A stretch of 64,000 nt of DNA, taken from positions 96,001 through 160,000 of the IMG/VR virus record IMGVR_UViG_3300028624_000003; one strand, 5' to 3'. The notes under the pieces are model-generated. The model saw only the letters and a program-made list of their open reading frames with translations, had not been told where the DNA came from and did no database searches. The first letter of the stretch is position 1; every line of letters begins with the position of its first letter. Of this stretch, positions 1 to 9,738 are shown one piece after another. The position numbers and the translations under genes are program-made. Source of the stretch: a virus. Lineage: Duplodnaviria > Caudoviricetes.

Positions 1-978
1 GTAGTTGGTGAGAGGACCAAGGATACCGAGATGCTGAGACATGACCAGAGGGATCTGTGTACCCGTAGCGTTTGTTTTGCAGCGCAACACTTTAACTGCG
101 AGTTCGTTTACATCCACACCACTAGTACTACCAGAAGGATACTCTGGTCCCTTATTGGAATCCAGTATGGGCGTAGGTGAAGTCCCTTGCAAAAGTACGT
201 TTGTCAGGAACTCGAATTGAGAACCGACACTTTTCAGACGGTCACCGTGACGAAGGAACTGCAATTGTTTCTGCGATGGCTTTCGAGGATCAATGTCATG
301 TTGATCATCGACGTGAGCCGTCATAAGGAAGTACAGTCCATATTTGGATGCCATCCTCGTGATATCCAGCATGAACTTTCGTTTGACCTTTCCGTCATAC
401 ATGTCATCCATGTTTCGGGAACTGTCTTCTACACCAACCTTTTCAGACTGAAGAGCTTCCTGTACCGTGCGCATACACGAGAAGCTATCGATGTCGATAA
501 GCGTAGGTACCCAGATATGTACTCGTTTACCTTCAAAGTCGGTAAACGGAGACTCTACGATATAATCCTTCTTGTTCTTTTCCTTGTGCATGCAGAGCTT
601 GTGGATACTCTCCATGACTTCAGGGAATGACAACGATGTAGCATTGGTCAAACGGATGCGCTCATGCGCAACCAACTTTCCGTCTGCCATGGTCTCAAAT
701 CTCTTGAGTGAGAATGTCTGTTGTTCCGAGTCATGTTTCCAACACTCGATAAGCGAGTGCCTAAGTAGTATCTGAACGATGATACTATCAGTCACAGTTG
801 ACTTGTAAGTCTGTGCTCGTCCGCATATTGCGGTGATAGGTGCGATACCACCATTGAGTAGCCACTTACGATCGAAGCTTCTTTCGTAGCTACCCAAAGC
901 GATATCGAAAATGAGACCGGTATTGATATAAGGCGCCATTTGTGCGTTCTGAATACCTACGTCGTCGAACAGACTCAT
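1..978 (-). CDS. uvsX: UvsX/RecA-like recombinase (phiKZ gp152-like), runs off the window start; missing from the ORF track
   Basis: Manual translation from ATG 978 (RBS AGGAG): MSLFDDVGIQNAQMAPYINTGLIFDIALGSY...LLNGGIAPITAICGRAQTYKST (Walker A-like); near position 1 reads VLRCKTNATGTQIPLVMSQHLG, matching the jumbo-phage RecA pattern. Both ends read in the same frame. Confidence 0.8.
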   Translation of the reverse strand, partial: MSLFDDVGIQNAQMAPYINTGLIFDIALGSYERSFDRKWLLNGGIAPITAICGRAQTYKSTVTDSIIVQILLRHSLIECWKHDSEQQTFSLKRFETMADGKLVAHERIRLTNATSLSFPEVMESIHKLCMHKEKNKKDYIVESPFTDFEGKRVHIWVPTLIDIDSFSCMRTVQEALQSEKVGVEDSSRNMDDMYDGKVKRKFMLDITRMASKYGLYFLMTAHVDDQHDIDPRKPSQKQLQFLRHGDRLKSVGSQFEFLTNVLLQGTSPTPILDSNKGPEYPSGSTSGVDVNELAVKVLRCKTNATGTQIPLVMSQHLGILGPLTNY

Positions 979-1089
979 ATCGAAACTCCTATCGGGGTGT
1001 TTGTAATAGTAACACATAATAGCTGGAACCAGTGAAAAGAAACATGGTATGGTTACCGGGGGAACCGTAACTATGTCCACGGGGGGCGA

Positions 1090-1722
1090 ATGAAGTACAT
1101 TCCACCAAAAGAGGCCACAGGCCCAAACGATCCTTACCAAGACTACGATAAAGCACGTGGCTTGGCAGGTTCTCGTGTGTTTGCATCAGCGATAGAACAC
1201 CCACAACGGGAGATAATCCAAGCAATTGTCGCAGCAGGGTTGATACCATCGGAGACTAATCTCGCACAGTTAGCAGAAGCAATTCCTATTCTGGGCAAAG
1301 CCGCAGTAGGTGACTTCTGTAACATCATGACTGATACCGTAACTGGGGGTACGATTCCGTCAAAGACGGTTACCACACTTACTGTAAATGCACCATACGT
1401 GGATGGAGAAAACTGGAGACTGAGCTACAATCAGTTCAAATTGCAACTACCCACATCAGGAATATATTTGATATGCGGATCTTTGCTGGTGTATCCTGCA
1501 AATGGGCTGTATGTCGAGTTATCTATCGGTGTGAATGGTGTGAGAACTGCATCGTCTCGTCAGGCCACCAGATCCAGTAAGTACACTGCAGTTCAAGTAT
1601 CCACTGTACTGCAGGGTAACCAAGCCGATCTAATCAGCCTCTTGATGTACTCGGATGGTTCTGGATCAAGGTACTCCACGGACCGGTTGAATACTCAACT
1701 GTATGCGATTCGTCTGAGGTGA
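1090..1722 (+). CDS. Short tail-fibre-like protein (conserved fibre N-terminus plus C1q-like beta-sandwich)
   Basis: N-terminus MKYIPP..GPNDPY..GSRVFASAIEHPQREIIQAIVAAGLIPSETNLAQLAEAI is typical of prophage tail fibres; C-terminal PTSGIYLI...VSTVLQGNQADLISL is beta-rich. Confidence 0.6.
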   Translation: MKYIPPKEATGPNDPYQDYDKARGLAGSRVFASAIEHPQREIIQAIVAAGLIPSETNLAQLAEAIPILGKAAVGDFCNIMTDTVTGGTIPSKTVTTLTVNAPYVDGENWRLSYNQFKLQLPTSGIYLICGSLLVYPANGLYVELSIGVNGVRTASSRQATRSSKYTAVQVSTVLQGNQADLISLLMYSDGSGSRYSTDRLNTQLYAIRLR

Positions 1723-1729
1723 ACCAACT

Positions 1730-2191
1730 ATGCGTTACGAATATTTGCACGAGACGCTAGTCCGTATGTTTCCAGATGTGAATCCTGACACAAGTTGGAC
1801 CCTGTTTTACGATCCTGCAATAAGTGACGAGATAGTGATCCAAGCATGGAATCTGCAGATACCGCAACCGTTACCAGCAGAAATCGATGCGGTTTATGCT
1901 ACTATCGTAATGGAGAAAGAAAGAGAACAAAACTGTCTCTGTGAGGAGACTATCAGAAATGAGCGAGATCGTAGATTCAGAGTCATTTATGATCCGAGTA
2001 TCAGTCAACTTTTTCGCAAAAGAAGACTTACTACGGATTCAGCGGAATTAGATTCAATCACAGCTCAAATTACTCAATGGGATTCTTACGCTAATCAGCT
2101 TGAGAATATCCCTCAGCAACCAGGATTCCCATGGAATGGAAATATAGATTTAGTTCCATGGCCAATTCCACCAGAAAAACAGATCGAGTAA
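1730..2191 (+). CDS. Tail fibre assembly chaperone
   Basis: IRNERDRR...QLENIPQQPGFPW...VPWPIPP chaperone motif; directly follows the fibre gene. Confidence 0.7.
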   Translation: MRYEYLHETLVRMFPDVNPDTSWTLFYDPAISDEIVIQAWNLQIPQPLPAEIDAVYATIVMEKEREQNCLCEETIRNERDRRFRVIYDPSISQLFRKRRLTTDSAELDSITAQITQWDSYANQLENIPQQPGFPWNGNIDLVPWPIPPEKQIE

Positions 2192-2197
2192 TTTGAG

Positions 2198-2227
2198 CTC
2201 ACTAGGACTCACATGAGTCCTAGTGAG
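2198..2227. terminator. Bidirectional hairpin between convergent genes
   Basis: CTCACTAGGACTC-ACAT-GAGTCCTAGTGAG perfect inverted repeat. Confidence 0.7.
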
Positions 2228-2241
2228 TGACACAGTTATGT

Positions 2242-3441
2242 CTATTTCTTTTTCTTACTTTTTCTCTGCTTCTCTTCTTTCGGTTGTACCGGTTCCTCCC
2301 CTATGGCAGGAAGATTTATCGTACGGTACTTGTTCCGAGGATGCTCAAGTATTCTCGGATTGTACTGAGCGTAGATGAGCTGAGCTTCTGGAGGAGTGAT
2401 GAATGGTACTTCTATCATCTCCTGGTTGGGTTTGTACACGATCTTTCCGTATACGGTGAATCGCATCAGCCCTGTCTCCATCTGCGGATTAGCTCCAGGA
2501 TACCACTCCGACACCACCAACTTGATTCCACTGAAGTTGAAGTTTTCTTCTTCTGATGGTTTCAATTCGAGTGACAGTGGAGACAGAAATGTCCAACTAT
2601 CTTCTGACAATTCGAATGGATAGGTTACTTCCACCCATTTACCATCTACGAGACCAAGTACTTGGATCACTTTAGGGCGAGGTACTTGGATAGCAGGTGC
2701 ATTGGTGGGACCTACTCTGGCTATGAGTTCCATTCTTTCAAGATTGAATTTGATTCTTTTGAAAACATAGCCAATGGTCTGTGCAGCTTTCAAATCCGAA
2801 TTACCGGTAAGCCACTGCTCTTGGAAATTGATTTCGGCGGGAGGAGGGAGAGTACCCTGCAGTGCGTTAGCTACTGGTCCACCAAGAATGGACATTTCCG
2901 AGACGAGAATGTCACCGTCTGACGTTGACATCTTCATTTGTTTAGGAATGAGACTGACCACCTCATCTCTCTGAACATCTCGTCCGTGGAACATGTTTTC
3001 TTTGTAGTACTTGAGACTTTCCGGAATTTGGTTAGGCTCAAGATGCATGGGTTGACCGTCGTAAATGATCATCACTTCTCGGCGAGATCCTACATGCTGC
3101 AGATGGTACAGACCCACTACATGTAGTGTATGTTCATCTGGTGCAAGAAATCCGACATGTTCACATTTGGAATTCAGAATCCAGTCGTTTTGATCTGACT
3201 GATTCGAACTCAACAGACGGAGATAAATGAGTTCGGATTTTTCCATAGACTTGAAGACATCGCGTACCTGATCCTTTGTACCTTCTTTGGGTATCTGCAC
3301 ATCGATGATCACTTCTCGATCTACTCGTATGATTTCCTGTATGAGATCACTGACGTACTTTCGATCTGTGGCGAACTCATAAGGAACACCAAAAAGAAAC
3401 GACTGTGAAAACAGTCTCGACGGTACTTGAAAAGATGTCAT
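2242..3441 (-). CDS. Hypothetical protein (399 aa, basic C-terminal tail)
   Basis: Long ORF with AGGAG RBS; no recognisable motif. Confidence 0.7.
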   Translation of the reverse strand: MTSFQVPSRLFSQSFLFGVPYEFATDRKYVSDLIQEIIRVDREVIIDVQIPKEGTKDQVRDVFKSMEKSELIYLRLLSSNQSDQNDWILNSKCEHVGFLAPDEHTLHVVGLYHLQHVGSRREVMIIYDGQPMHLEPNQIPESLKYYKENMFHGRDVQRDEVVSLIPKQMKMSTSDGDILVSEMSILGGPVANALQGTLPPPAEINFQEQWLTGNSDLKAAQTIGYVFKRIKFNLERMELIARVGPTNAPAIQVPRPKVIQVLGLVDGKWVEVTYPFELSEDSWTFLSPLSLELKPSEEENFNFSGIKLVVSEWYPGANPQMETGLMRFTVYGKIVYKPNQEMIEVPFITPPEAQLIYAQYNPRILEHPRNKYRTINLPAIGEEPVQPKEEKQRKSKKKK

Positions 3442-3490
3442 CTGTTTACTCCTGATTGTAGACTATACAAATAGCATGGGTTGCGTAAGT

Positions 3491-4018
3491 TTACACAGGC
3501 TCTCGGCATATTTGGTAATATGCATTACCATTTTGATCCCGAAACATAAAAGTACCTTTATAATACTTATACCCATTAACGGTAGTAGTATCAAATGGTC
3601 CAACAATATACGACCCGTTGTTAAGTATCGTCCCCCAGAATAAAAGATGGAATCCTCCGCCTATAGCCCAATAATACTGCGGGCCCGATCCGTTATTAAT
3701 ATACTGACATGTTCCTACAGGTTGACATGCTTGTGTATTACAGACTTGAGAGGTGACGGGTTTACTTCCACAGAGTGAGTCTTCTACAGTTTTTCCGTCA
3801 TTACGAACACAGGTAACTACCCGAGACTGTGTACCACCGCCACAGGATACGGAACACGCAGACCATGCACCGATACTCCAGGAATATGAGTAGCTAGGTT
3901 TCCACTGTCCACTGACCTTCGTGAACACATTAGAAACTTTTCGCCATGCGCCACCTATCTTGATATAAAGCTGATCCACATTACGCCAAGTAGAACCTAT
4001 TTTTACGGATACCGACAT
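3491..4018 (-). CDS. Tail-fibre-tip-like protein with a thrombospondin type-1 repeat (TSR)
   Basis: Probable start ATG 4018; VKIGSTWR/IKIGGAWR/TKVSGQWK repeats followed by WSIGAWSACSVSCGGGTQSRVVTC...LC...KP...QVCNTQAC. Confidence 0.75.
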   Translation of the reverse strand: MSVSVKIGSTWRNVDQLYIKIGGAWRKVSNVFTKVSGQWKPSYSYSWSIGAWSACSVSCGGGTQSRVVTCVRNDGKTVEDSLCGSKPVTSQVCNTQACQPVGTCQYINNGSGPQYYWAIGGGFHLLFWGTILNNGSYIVGPFDTTTVNGYKYYKGTFMFRDQNGNAYYQICREPV

Positions 4019-4082
4019 GATGTACTCTCTTTTGTTTAAGATTCTCATGTGGTCCAGTTGGACCACATGAGATATCGTCGAA

Positions 4083-5006
4083 CTACATGGATCGCAATTC
4101 TTCCAAAAGTGCATCGAGCGTCTGTAGGTCGGCGACCTTAGCTCGATCAAGATAGTTCCATTGTTCTGCGCTTACTTCTGCCATTACCTGTTTGAACTGT
4201 GCAGAGTTGTCGCAGATTTCCTGACAGAGAGTACGTTTGTCCACTTTCAGGAGTCGGAGTGACATAAACGTGTCTATGTAAGGAGTGGGGTAGGTGGGAT
4301 CTTTCAGCCAACCGACTGCTTCTTCCAATTGCAGCGACCATGTCGACTGATCGAATTGCGGCACGTATTTTCCCCACCGATTCCATCTGGTTCCTTCGAA
4401 TTTGTTTCGAATTTCCAGCATCGCAGACTTACGAAACTCTTCGACATTTCTAGGATCGTACCACTCTGATTTGACTACGTCCCATGTACTGTAAGGATTC
4501 GGACGAGGAGGAAGTTTAGCGAATTCTTCCTCGCTGAATACAATCAACTCGTCACCCGTTACAGTACCAGGCCATTCGACGAATCGCATGTTCTTTTCAT
4601 ATACTGCTGCGCGTATACGCTCAGGTGCGGATGCACCATCGACCAACATGTATGCACCGCCAGCCATCTCTTTGCTATAGCTGATGTCACACCACGTCCA
4701 GTCTGTGGGAAGATTCTTTTTGAGCATCACGCCGCTATAAATGCGATATGTGTCAAACGCGCACACTTCATACAACCCGCGTTCGTACGCGAGTTTGAGA
4801 TAAGCAAGGATTGCCTGTACCTTATCTTCGGGTAGAGGAACAATTTGTGCACTGTCACCGAGATAATGCGCTTCTACTATTTCACCATCGAGCATCGTGA
4901 CGACTGTACTCGACGGAACATCAGGACAAGGGACAAGATCCACCAAGATAGTATCTTGGTAGACGTACCGATTTTCTCTCGGTATGTAGGTAGTCATCTT
5001 CGACAC
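4083..5006 (-). CDS. Tail-fibre-associated protein (chaperone-like C-terminus)
   Basis: PPRPNPYSTWD...W and QSTWSLQLEEAVGWLKDPTYPTPYID motifs resemble fibre-assembly proteins; lies between two fibre genes. Confidence 0.5.
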   Translation of the reverse strand: MSKMTTYIPRENRYVYQDTILVDLVPCPDVPSSTVVTMLDGEIVEAHYLGDSAQIVPLPEDKVQAILAYLKLAYERGLYEVCAFDTYRIYSGVMLKKNLPTDWTWCDISYSKEMAGGAYMLVDGASAPERIRAAVYEKNMRFVEWPGTVTGDELIVFSEEEFAKLPPRPNPYSTWDVVKSEWYDPRNVEEFRKSAMLEIRNKFEGTRWNRWGKYVPQFDQSTWSLQLEEAVGWLKDPTYPTPYIDTFMSLRLLKVDKRTLCQEICDNSAQFKQVMAEVSAEQWNYLDRAKVADLQTLDALLEELRSM

Positions 5007-5020
5007 AACAACACCCTCAC

Positions 5021-6061
5021 TTAGATGTAGGTTATGTGTACATCCCCGTCAACACCACCAGTTGGTGCAGCTGCGGATTTGGTAATGGTCGGGCAACCCA
5101 CTTGCGCAGGTGTGTGAGTATGGACTACAGGAGCTGCGCCTGCTTGTTCTGGTGTGTGCGTGTGTGCCGTAGGTGCAGCTCCACACTGATCAGGTGTGTG
5201 AGTATGGACTACAGGAGCGGCGCCTGCTTGCGCAGGTGTGTGAGTATGACCAATATCTGACTTTCCCGCCAAGGAGTCATTTACAGTCTTCACTGCTTTG
5301 GACGTAGCAAGTGTTCCAGTAGAGTCAAAATTAACTGCGTCACTTTTGGCATTGGGAAGATTACCTAGTCCCACCTGTCCCGGGGTGTGCGTGTGTGCCG
5401 TAGGTGCAGCTCCACACTGATCAGGTGTGTGAGTATGGACTACAGGAGCGGCGCCTGCTTGCGCAGGTGTGTGGGTATGTACAGTATCAGCTTTTGTGGC
5501 AATTTCTGCGGTCAGAGTCGATACAGCAGCATTGACCGTAGTTTCGTCTACAAGAATCTTCCATGCAGACCATACTCCATCAAGCTGGCTACGCACAGCT
5601 ATTTTGACCGGATTTATAGCCACGTATTCTTGGATAGGCATGGGACCATGGTTTCTGGTGACGAGTATACCTTTGCTGAATCCGTTAGGACGTCCTGGCT
5701 GGTTACCATTTACAGCATAGTTGCTGATATGAGTCACTGAGTCCAAGTGAGTTGCAGCAGGGAGTACAGGATAGATGCTATTTACCAGACCACGAGCTGT
5801 AGCAGATGAACCGTCGGCCAACTCGATATCTGTGATAGCATCACGAGCACCTGGTGCATGTGTATCCTTGTGAGGACCTACTACACTACCGTCAGTATTT
5901 GCAGGAAGATCTCTCCAGAGATGTACTCCATCGCCCCGACGAAGTTCTCGAGTATCTGTGGAGTATGCGCCATCCCCAGGCATCAGTAAGGGATTTTCTG
6001 CGTACCATTCTGCGTGTGTCTTGGACCTCACGACAAGTGACGCAATGAGTTTTTTGGACAT
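5021..6061 (-). CDS. Tail fibre protein with hyaluronidase/Mtd-type N-terminal domain and HTHTP repeats
   Basis: EWYAENPLLMPGDGAYSTDTRELRRGDGVHLWRDLP N-terminal motif; seven HTHTPxQxG units; ends APTGGVDGDVHITY. Confidence 0.75.
   Translation of the reverse strand: MSKKLIASLVVRSKTHAEWYAENPLLMPGDGAYSTDTRELRRGDGVHLWRDLPANTDGSVVGPHKDTHAPGARDAITDIELADGSSATARGLVNSIYPVLPAATHLDSVTHISNYAVNGNQPGRPNGFSKGILVTRNHGPMPIQEYVAINPVKIAVRSQLDGVWSAWKILVDETTVNAAVSTLTAEIATKADTVHTHTPAQAGAAPVVHTHTPDQCGAAPTAHTHTPGQVGLGNLPNAKSDAVNFDSTGTLATSKAVKTVNDSLAGKSDIGHTHTPAQAGAAPVVHTHTPDQCGAAPTAHTHTPEQAGAAPVVHTHTPAQVGCPTITKSAAAPTGGVDGDVHITYI
5154..5473. repeat. Exact 89-bp direct repeat (5154-5242 and 5385-5473) built from 42-bp units
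   Basis: GTGTGCGTGTGTGCCGTAGG...GCGCAGGTGTGTG is present twice and encodes 14-aa HTHTPAQAGAAPVV-type units. Confidence 0.9.
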
Positions 6062-6069
6062 GACTACTC

Positions 6070-6885
6070 CTATTCAATTTTGCTCAGGTAGACTTTGAGC
6101 TGGTCATCGATCTCCGGATGATACGTGATGATCTCCGAGAGATTCCAGAACAGCACATCCATCGGGAATATACCATTCATCGGATCGAGTATCGGCAATT
6201 CACCCATCGCGGTACGAGTGATACACTCGTCTGCTATGTCCAAACACTCAAGGATCGTAGACCCGACGTAGTCTCGATCATACTTCAACATGGATACCAC
6301 AGTCTCTTTCGTGATCTGGTCCATACGGAAAAGTACGGGAGATTCGTTATGGAACCCCATTTTGGAGATCACACCAGAAACCTTCTCTCTGGTAACTTGA
6401 CGAGGCTGGATGTCGCCCGTGATAAGACGATAGAATCGAGTGAGCGCCATACTGGATCGTGCTACAGCATGCGCGAGATGGTCTATCCCGCTATCTTCGA
6501 GTATGTTACCGTGGCGGTAGTTGATGAAATGACGGTTGCATGCATCCAGTGACATCTCGAGAGAGGAATCACTTTGAAGAGGAATGTTTTGCCATGAGTA
6601 GAATGAGTATTTGTGATTCCCGAATTCGAGAATAGTGTAGATCGCTCGCAGTGCTCGTTCGAAATACGGATAATTCCTTACTGCCGAATACTTCTTGTTG
6701 AATTTTCCGGTGTATACCCCTGCACATTTACGGAAGAAGTATTTCTCTTCGTACGGGGTAAGTTCAGTACATCTGGACTCTAGTTCAAGTTGTATGACAT
6801 CCTTGTCTTCGGACGATTTTTCCAATTCATTTACCGTGGGATCGTTCTCTGCGGCAGAAGGGGGAAACACACCAAGTGACTTCAT
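6070..6885 (-). CDS. DUF5664-like dATP/dGTP diphosphohydrolase domain protein
   Basis: EFGNHKYSFYSW...SLDACNRHF...GNILEDSGIDHLAHAVAR matches the G-x-x-KY...W...DA..RH...ESG..HLAHA family pattern. Confidence 0.65.
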   Translation of the reverse strand: MKSLGVFPPSAAENDPTVNELEKSSEDKDVIQLELESRCTELTPYEEKYFFRKCAGVYTGKFNKKYSAVRNYPYFERALRAIYTILEFGNHKYSFYSWQNIPLQSDSSLEMSLDACNRHFINYRHGNILEDSGIDHLAHAVARSSMALTRFYRLITGDIQPRQVTREKVSGVISKMGFHNESPVLFRMDQITKETVVSMLKYDRDYVGSTILECLDIADECITRTAMGELPILDPMNGIFPMDVLFWNLSEIITYHPEIDDQLKVYLSKIE

Positions 6886-6965
6886 TATCGTTCTCCTTCG
6901 ATACTAGTCGATTTCTTACATGATATGCGATTTGGTTCTAAATATACAACGTACATTGGGGGCTG

Positions 6966-8504
6966 ATGATGCCAACGATCTACTCCGTCATACCAGAAAT
7001 GACGGAACATATTCACGATGTTATTGCCCGTCAGCTGACGCATAAAATCATAAACGACCTCAATCCGCTCACACCAATTGCGGACAAGATCTATATTGAT
7101 ACGGGGCACACTGCACCACAGCAAGCATCAGATGGCTCACACAATGCTGTACTTCGTAACAATAAAGTAATTGCACGTGCGCTTCCTGTGACAAATCCTA
7201 CCTCTCTTAAGTGGGATTCGCTCAATATGAGCCATACGACTGGTCAGTACATTGACAAACGTGATTTGGGTACCAAGTATCCTTACGTATTTGTCGATCC
7301 TGTCGCAGAAGTGCGTCTGCTCGAAATGTCCATACCTACACACATGGCAATCGAGATCGAGATCGAACTGGTCAGTCGTGATCAGGCGTACGAAATACCT
7401 GTGCAGCTTTGGAGAAGATTTGCAGGTGGTCACGTGTACACCGAAACGGTAGTGTACGACTATCCTCTACCTCAGGATATCATCATCTATCTGTACAGCA
7501 TCTACAAGATGCGCAAGTTCGATAAAGCAATGACGTTTGCACAATATCTGAAGAAAGGATCCAATGATCTCATTACTGCAAACGTACCTCGCGCAGCGAA
7601 CAGTCAGGACGTAGAACTGATTATTCCCAAGACAAATGTGTACTGCAACGTCCAACTGGATTATAACGAGGACAAGCCGGAAGAAATTAAGGTAGGTAGA
7701 TCTGCCAACGCATACCAGACCAAGTTCGTCTTGAATGTACAATACACCAGAGCGGACATGATGGTCATTCAGTTTCCTGCGGTGATCGATAATCAGATTA
7801 TACCTGAGATCATGGTCCCCAAAAGAAGTACCGACATTCCCTTCCGCAATCTCGATGCAGGATACCCTGGCGATGAAGTAGATAAGGGGTCGCGAGCATT
7901 CGCTATCAAACCATCTGCTACCCCGATCGTACTTCCCTACTACGACGACTGGATGATTCCGCGAGGGTTGACTTACAGTCGGTCATACAGGGAATTCCTT
8001 ATAGCAGGTACACTAGTCGAAGGTCCTGCTATGCTGTCTGAGATTCCTCTTGGTGGACTAATTGACGAGGACGGGGAGTACAAACTCCACGATGTAGTAG
8101 TAAAGATATTGAAGAAGCAGAAGCAAGAGTCCTTCAAAACGGACTGCATCTTCAATATCGAAGTGTATGCAAACGATGTACCAATAGAACCCACTCATCT
8201 GGAACTCACCGATGATCTGGTTCTAAAATTCCCTGGTTTCAATTTGAGCAAACGATATCGGCTAGTTTTGTCAGAAATCACAGATGTCAAGTACCTCAAT
8301 CCAAAGTGGTACCCAGATATTCTTGAGAACTGGCCGTTCTTTACCATCTCAAAACAAATAGCGGATCTGATCAACTCTGGCCACATAGTGGTCAAAGATG
8401 GTACACTGATAGATCCTAACCACGACACACTTGGAGGTCTCGATGGCTCTTATAGGCCGCTCCGGAAAATCATCGGCGACATCGTCCCAAGTAGACGGTC
8501 CTAA
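6966..8504 (+). CDS. Putative virion structural protein (phiKZ-like conserved)
   Basis: 512 aa; first gene of a four-gene overlapping operon; product inferred from context. Confidence 0.5.
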   Translation: MMPTIYSVIPEMTEHIHDVIARQLTHKIINDLNPLTPIADKIYIDTGHTAPQQASDGSHNAVLRNNKVIARALPVTNPTSLKWDSLNMSHTTGQYIDKRDLGTKYPYVFVDPVAEVRLLEMSIPTHMAIEIEIELVSRDQAYEIPVQLWRRFAGGHVYTETVVYDYPLPQDIIIYLYSIYKMRKFDKAMTFAQYLKKGSNDLITANVPRAANSQDVELIIPKTNVYCNVQLDYNEDKPEEIKVGRSANAYQTKFVLNVQYTRADMMVIQFPAVIDNQIIPEIMVPKRSTDIPFRNLDAGYPGDEVDKGSRAFAIKPSATPIVLPYYDDWMIPRGLTYSRSYREFLIAGTLVEGPAMLSEIPLGGLIDEDGEYKLHDVVVKILKKQKQESFKTDCIFNIEVYANDVPIEPTHLELTDDLVLKFPGFNLSKRYRLVLSEITDVKYLNPKWYPDILENWPFFTISKQIADLINSGHIVVKDGTLIDPNHDTLGGLDGSYRPLRKIIGDIVPSRRS

Positions 8505-9738
8505 TCCCGATCTGAAAGAAACTGATCGAATCATCCCCAATAACGACAATGCAGCTACCGATCTGGATGTAGTGGGACTCGCGCACATCCGAGATACTTT
8601 TACGACAAATACTGCCATAGCACCTGAGAGATATTCGGAAGCTTATGGTGGATTGATGCTGTACGTGGAGGGTATTCCGGTAACGGTTACTTACTACCAC
8701 ACAAATTTACCACAGATTGATATTCGTACAGGTAGCGCGGATATTCAACCGATGGGACATTCAGTCCATAAGGACTTTACCAAGATCCTGCACATGGAGA
8801 TGAAGTTGCAGGATAACATCCGCCCAGATTTTGTAACGGAAGATAACAGTTTCGACATAACTGGAGAAGCTGTCATGTATCCGGGGTTTGAGCCGAATAT
8901 CGGTGACGAGTTTCTGCTGGACATGGGCAACGGAAAGATAGGTGAGTTTAAAGTCAACGACAAGACTCGCATGTCTTACCGCCAAGGTGCATGTTACAAG
9001 ATCTCGTTCGAGATTCTTAATTTCTTAGATGATACGATTCTCACCAGACTCGAGTCTGGTGTAAGAGAAACATTCATCTTCGATAAGAGATCCTACCCCG
9101 GAGATGGCGACTGGACTTTCCTGACTCAGGATAAGTTCGTTACTCTGACCACACTGGAAAAAGTACGTCGAGATATCATTGCTCGATACATGAAGCATTT
9201 CTACAGCAGAGACTGGAATAGCTTCATGCGTCCTGACGGAATGTATGATCCCTACGTGTGCGAGTTTCTCAAGAAGAAGTTGGAGTACAAGGAGATAAAG
9301 AGATATCCGCTTCAACTATTCCGCCGACTCGAAGATTACGAATATTCGTTCTGGTCTCTATTTACCAGCGAATATCCTGATCTGAGATTTATCTCACCAC
9401 GATGCTCGTCAGAGTATTTGAAAGCTGACGCACTGGCGATTGATCATAACCCTCTGGTCAACCGACACTACTTAGCATTGACTGATGAAGATGCGACAAA
9501 CTGTCCATTCTACGTCATGTCCGAGAATTTCTATATTGGTGCAGGAGATAAACTCACCGATGTAGAAAAGATAGTGTACACGTATCTATTTGACAGGAAG
9601 ATCGATCCTGCAAAGGTACTGGAGGTAGTACAGAACAATCGGCATATGGACCTAGTGGATATGTTCTATCAGTTTCCGATATATCTGGAGCTGATTGACG
9701 TAGCGATCGGGACTCTTCGTGGGGTGGTGAAAAAATGA
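8443..9738 (+). CDS. Putative virion structural protein (phiKZ-like conserved)
   Basis: ATG 8443 after GGAGG; LYVEG..VTVTYY and GEAVMYPGFEPNIGDEFLLDMGNGKIGEFKV resemble jumbo-phage virion proteins. Confidence 0.55.
   Translation: MALIGRSGKSSATSSQVDGPNPDLKETDRIIPNNDNAATDLDVVGLAHIRDTFTTNTAIAPERYSEAYGGLMLYVEGIPVTVTYYHTNLPQIDIRTGSADIQPMGHSVHKDFTKILHMEMKLQDNIRPDFVTEDNSFDITGEAVMYPGFEPNIGDEFLLDMGNGKIGEFKVNDKTRMSYRQGACYKISFEILNFLDDTILTRLESGVRETFIFDKRSYPGDGDWTFLTQDKFVTLTTLEKVRRDIIARYMKHFYSRDWNSFMRPDGMYDPYVCEFLKKKLEYKEIKRYPLQLFRRLEDYEYSFWSLFTSEYPDLRFISPRCSSEYLKADALAIDHNPLVNRHYLALTDEDATNCPFYVMSENFYIGAGDKLTDVEKIVYTYLFDRKIDPAKVLEVVQNNRHMDLVDMFYQFPIYLELIDVAIGTLRGVVKK

Noticed and set aside
187-775. Plus-strand ORFs 187-630 and 572-775
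   Set aside because: Shadows of the minus-strand UvsX gene, which the track missed because it has no stop inside the window
5092-5478. Possible CRISPR array or DGR template/variable repeat pair
   Set aside because: Repeats are in-frame coding units with no unique spacers, no adenine-specific mismatches and no reverse transcriptase in the window
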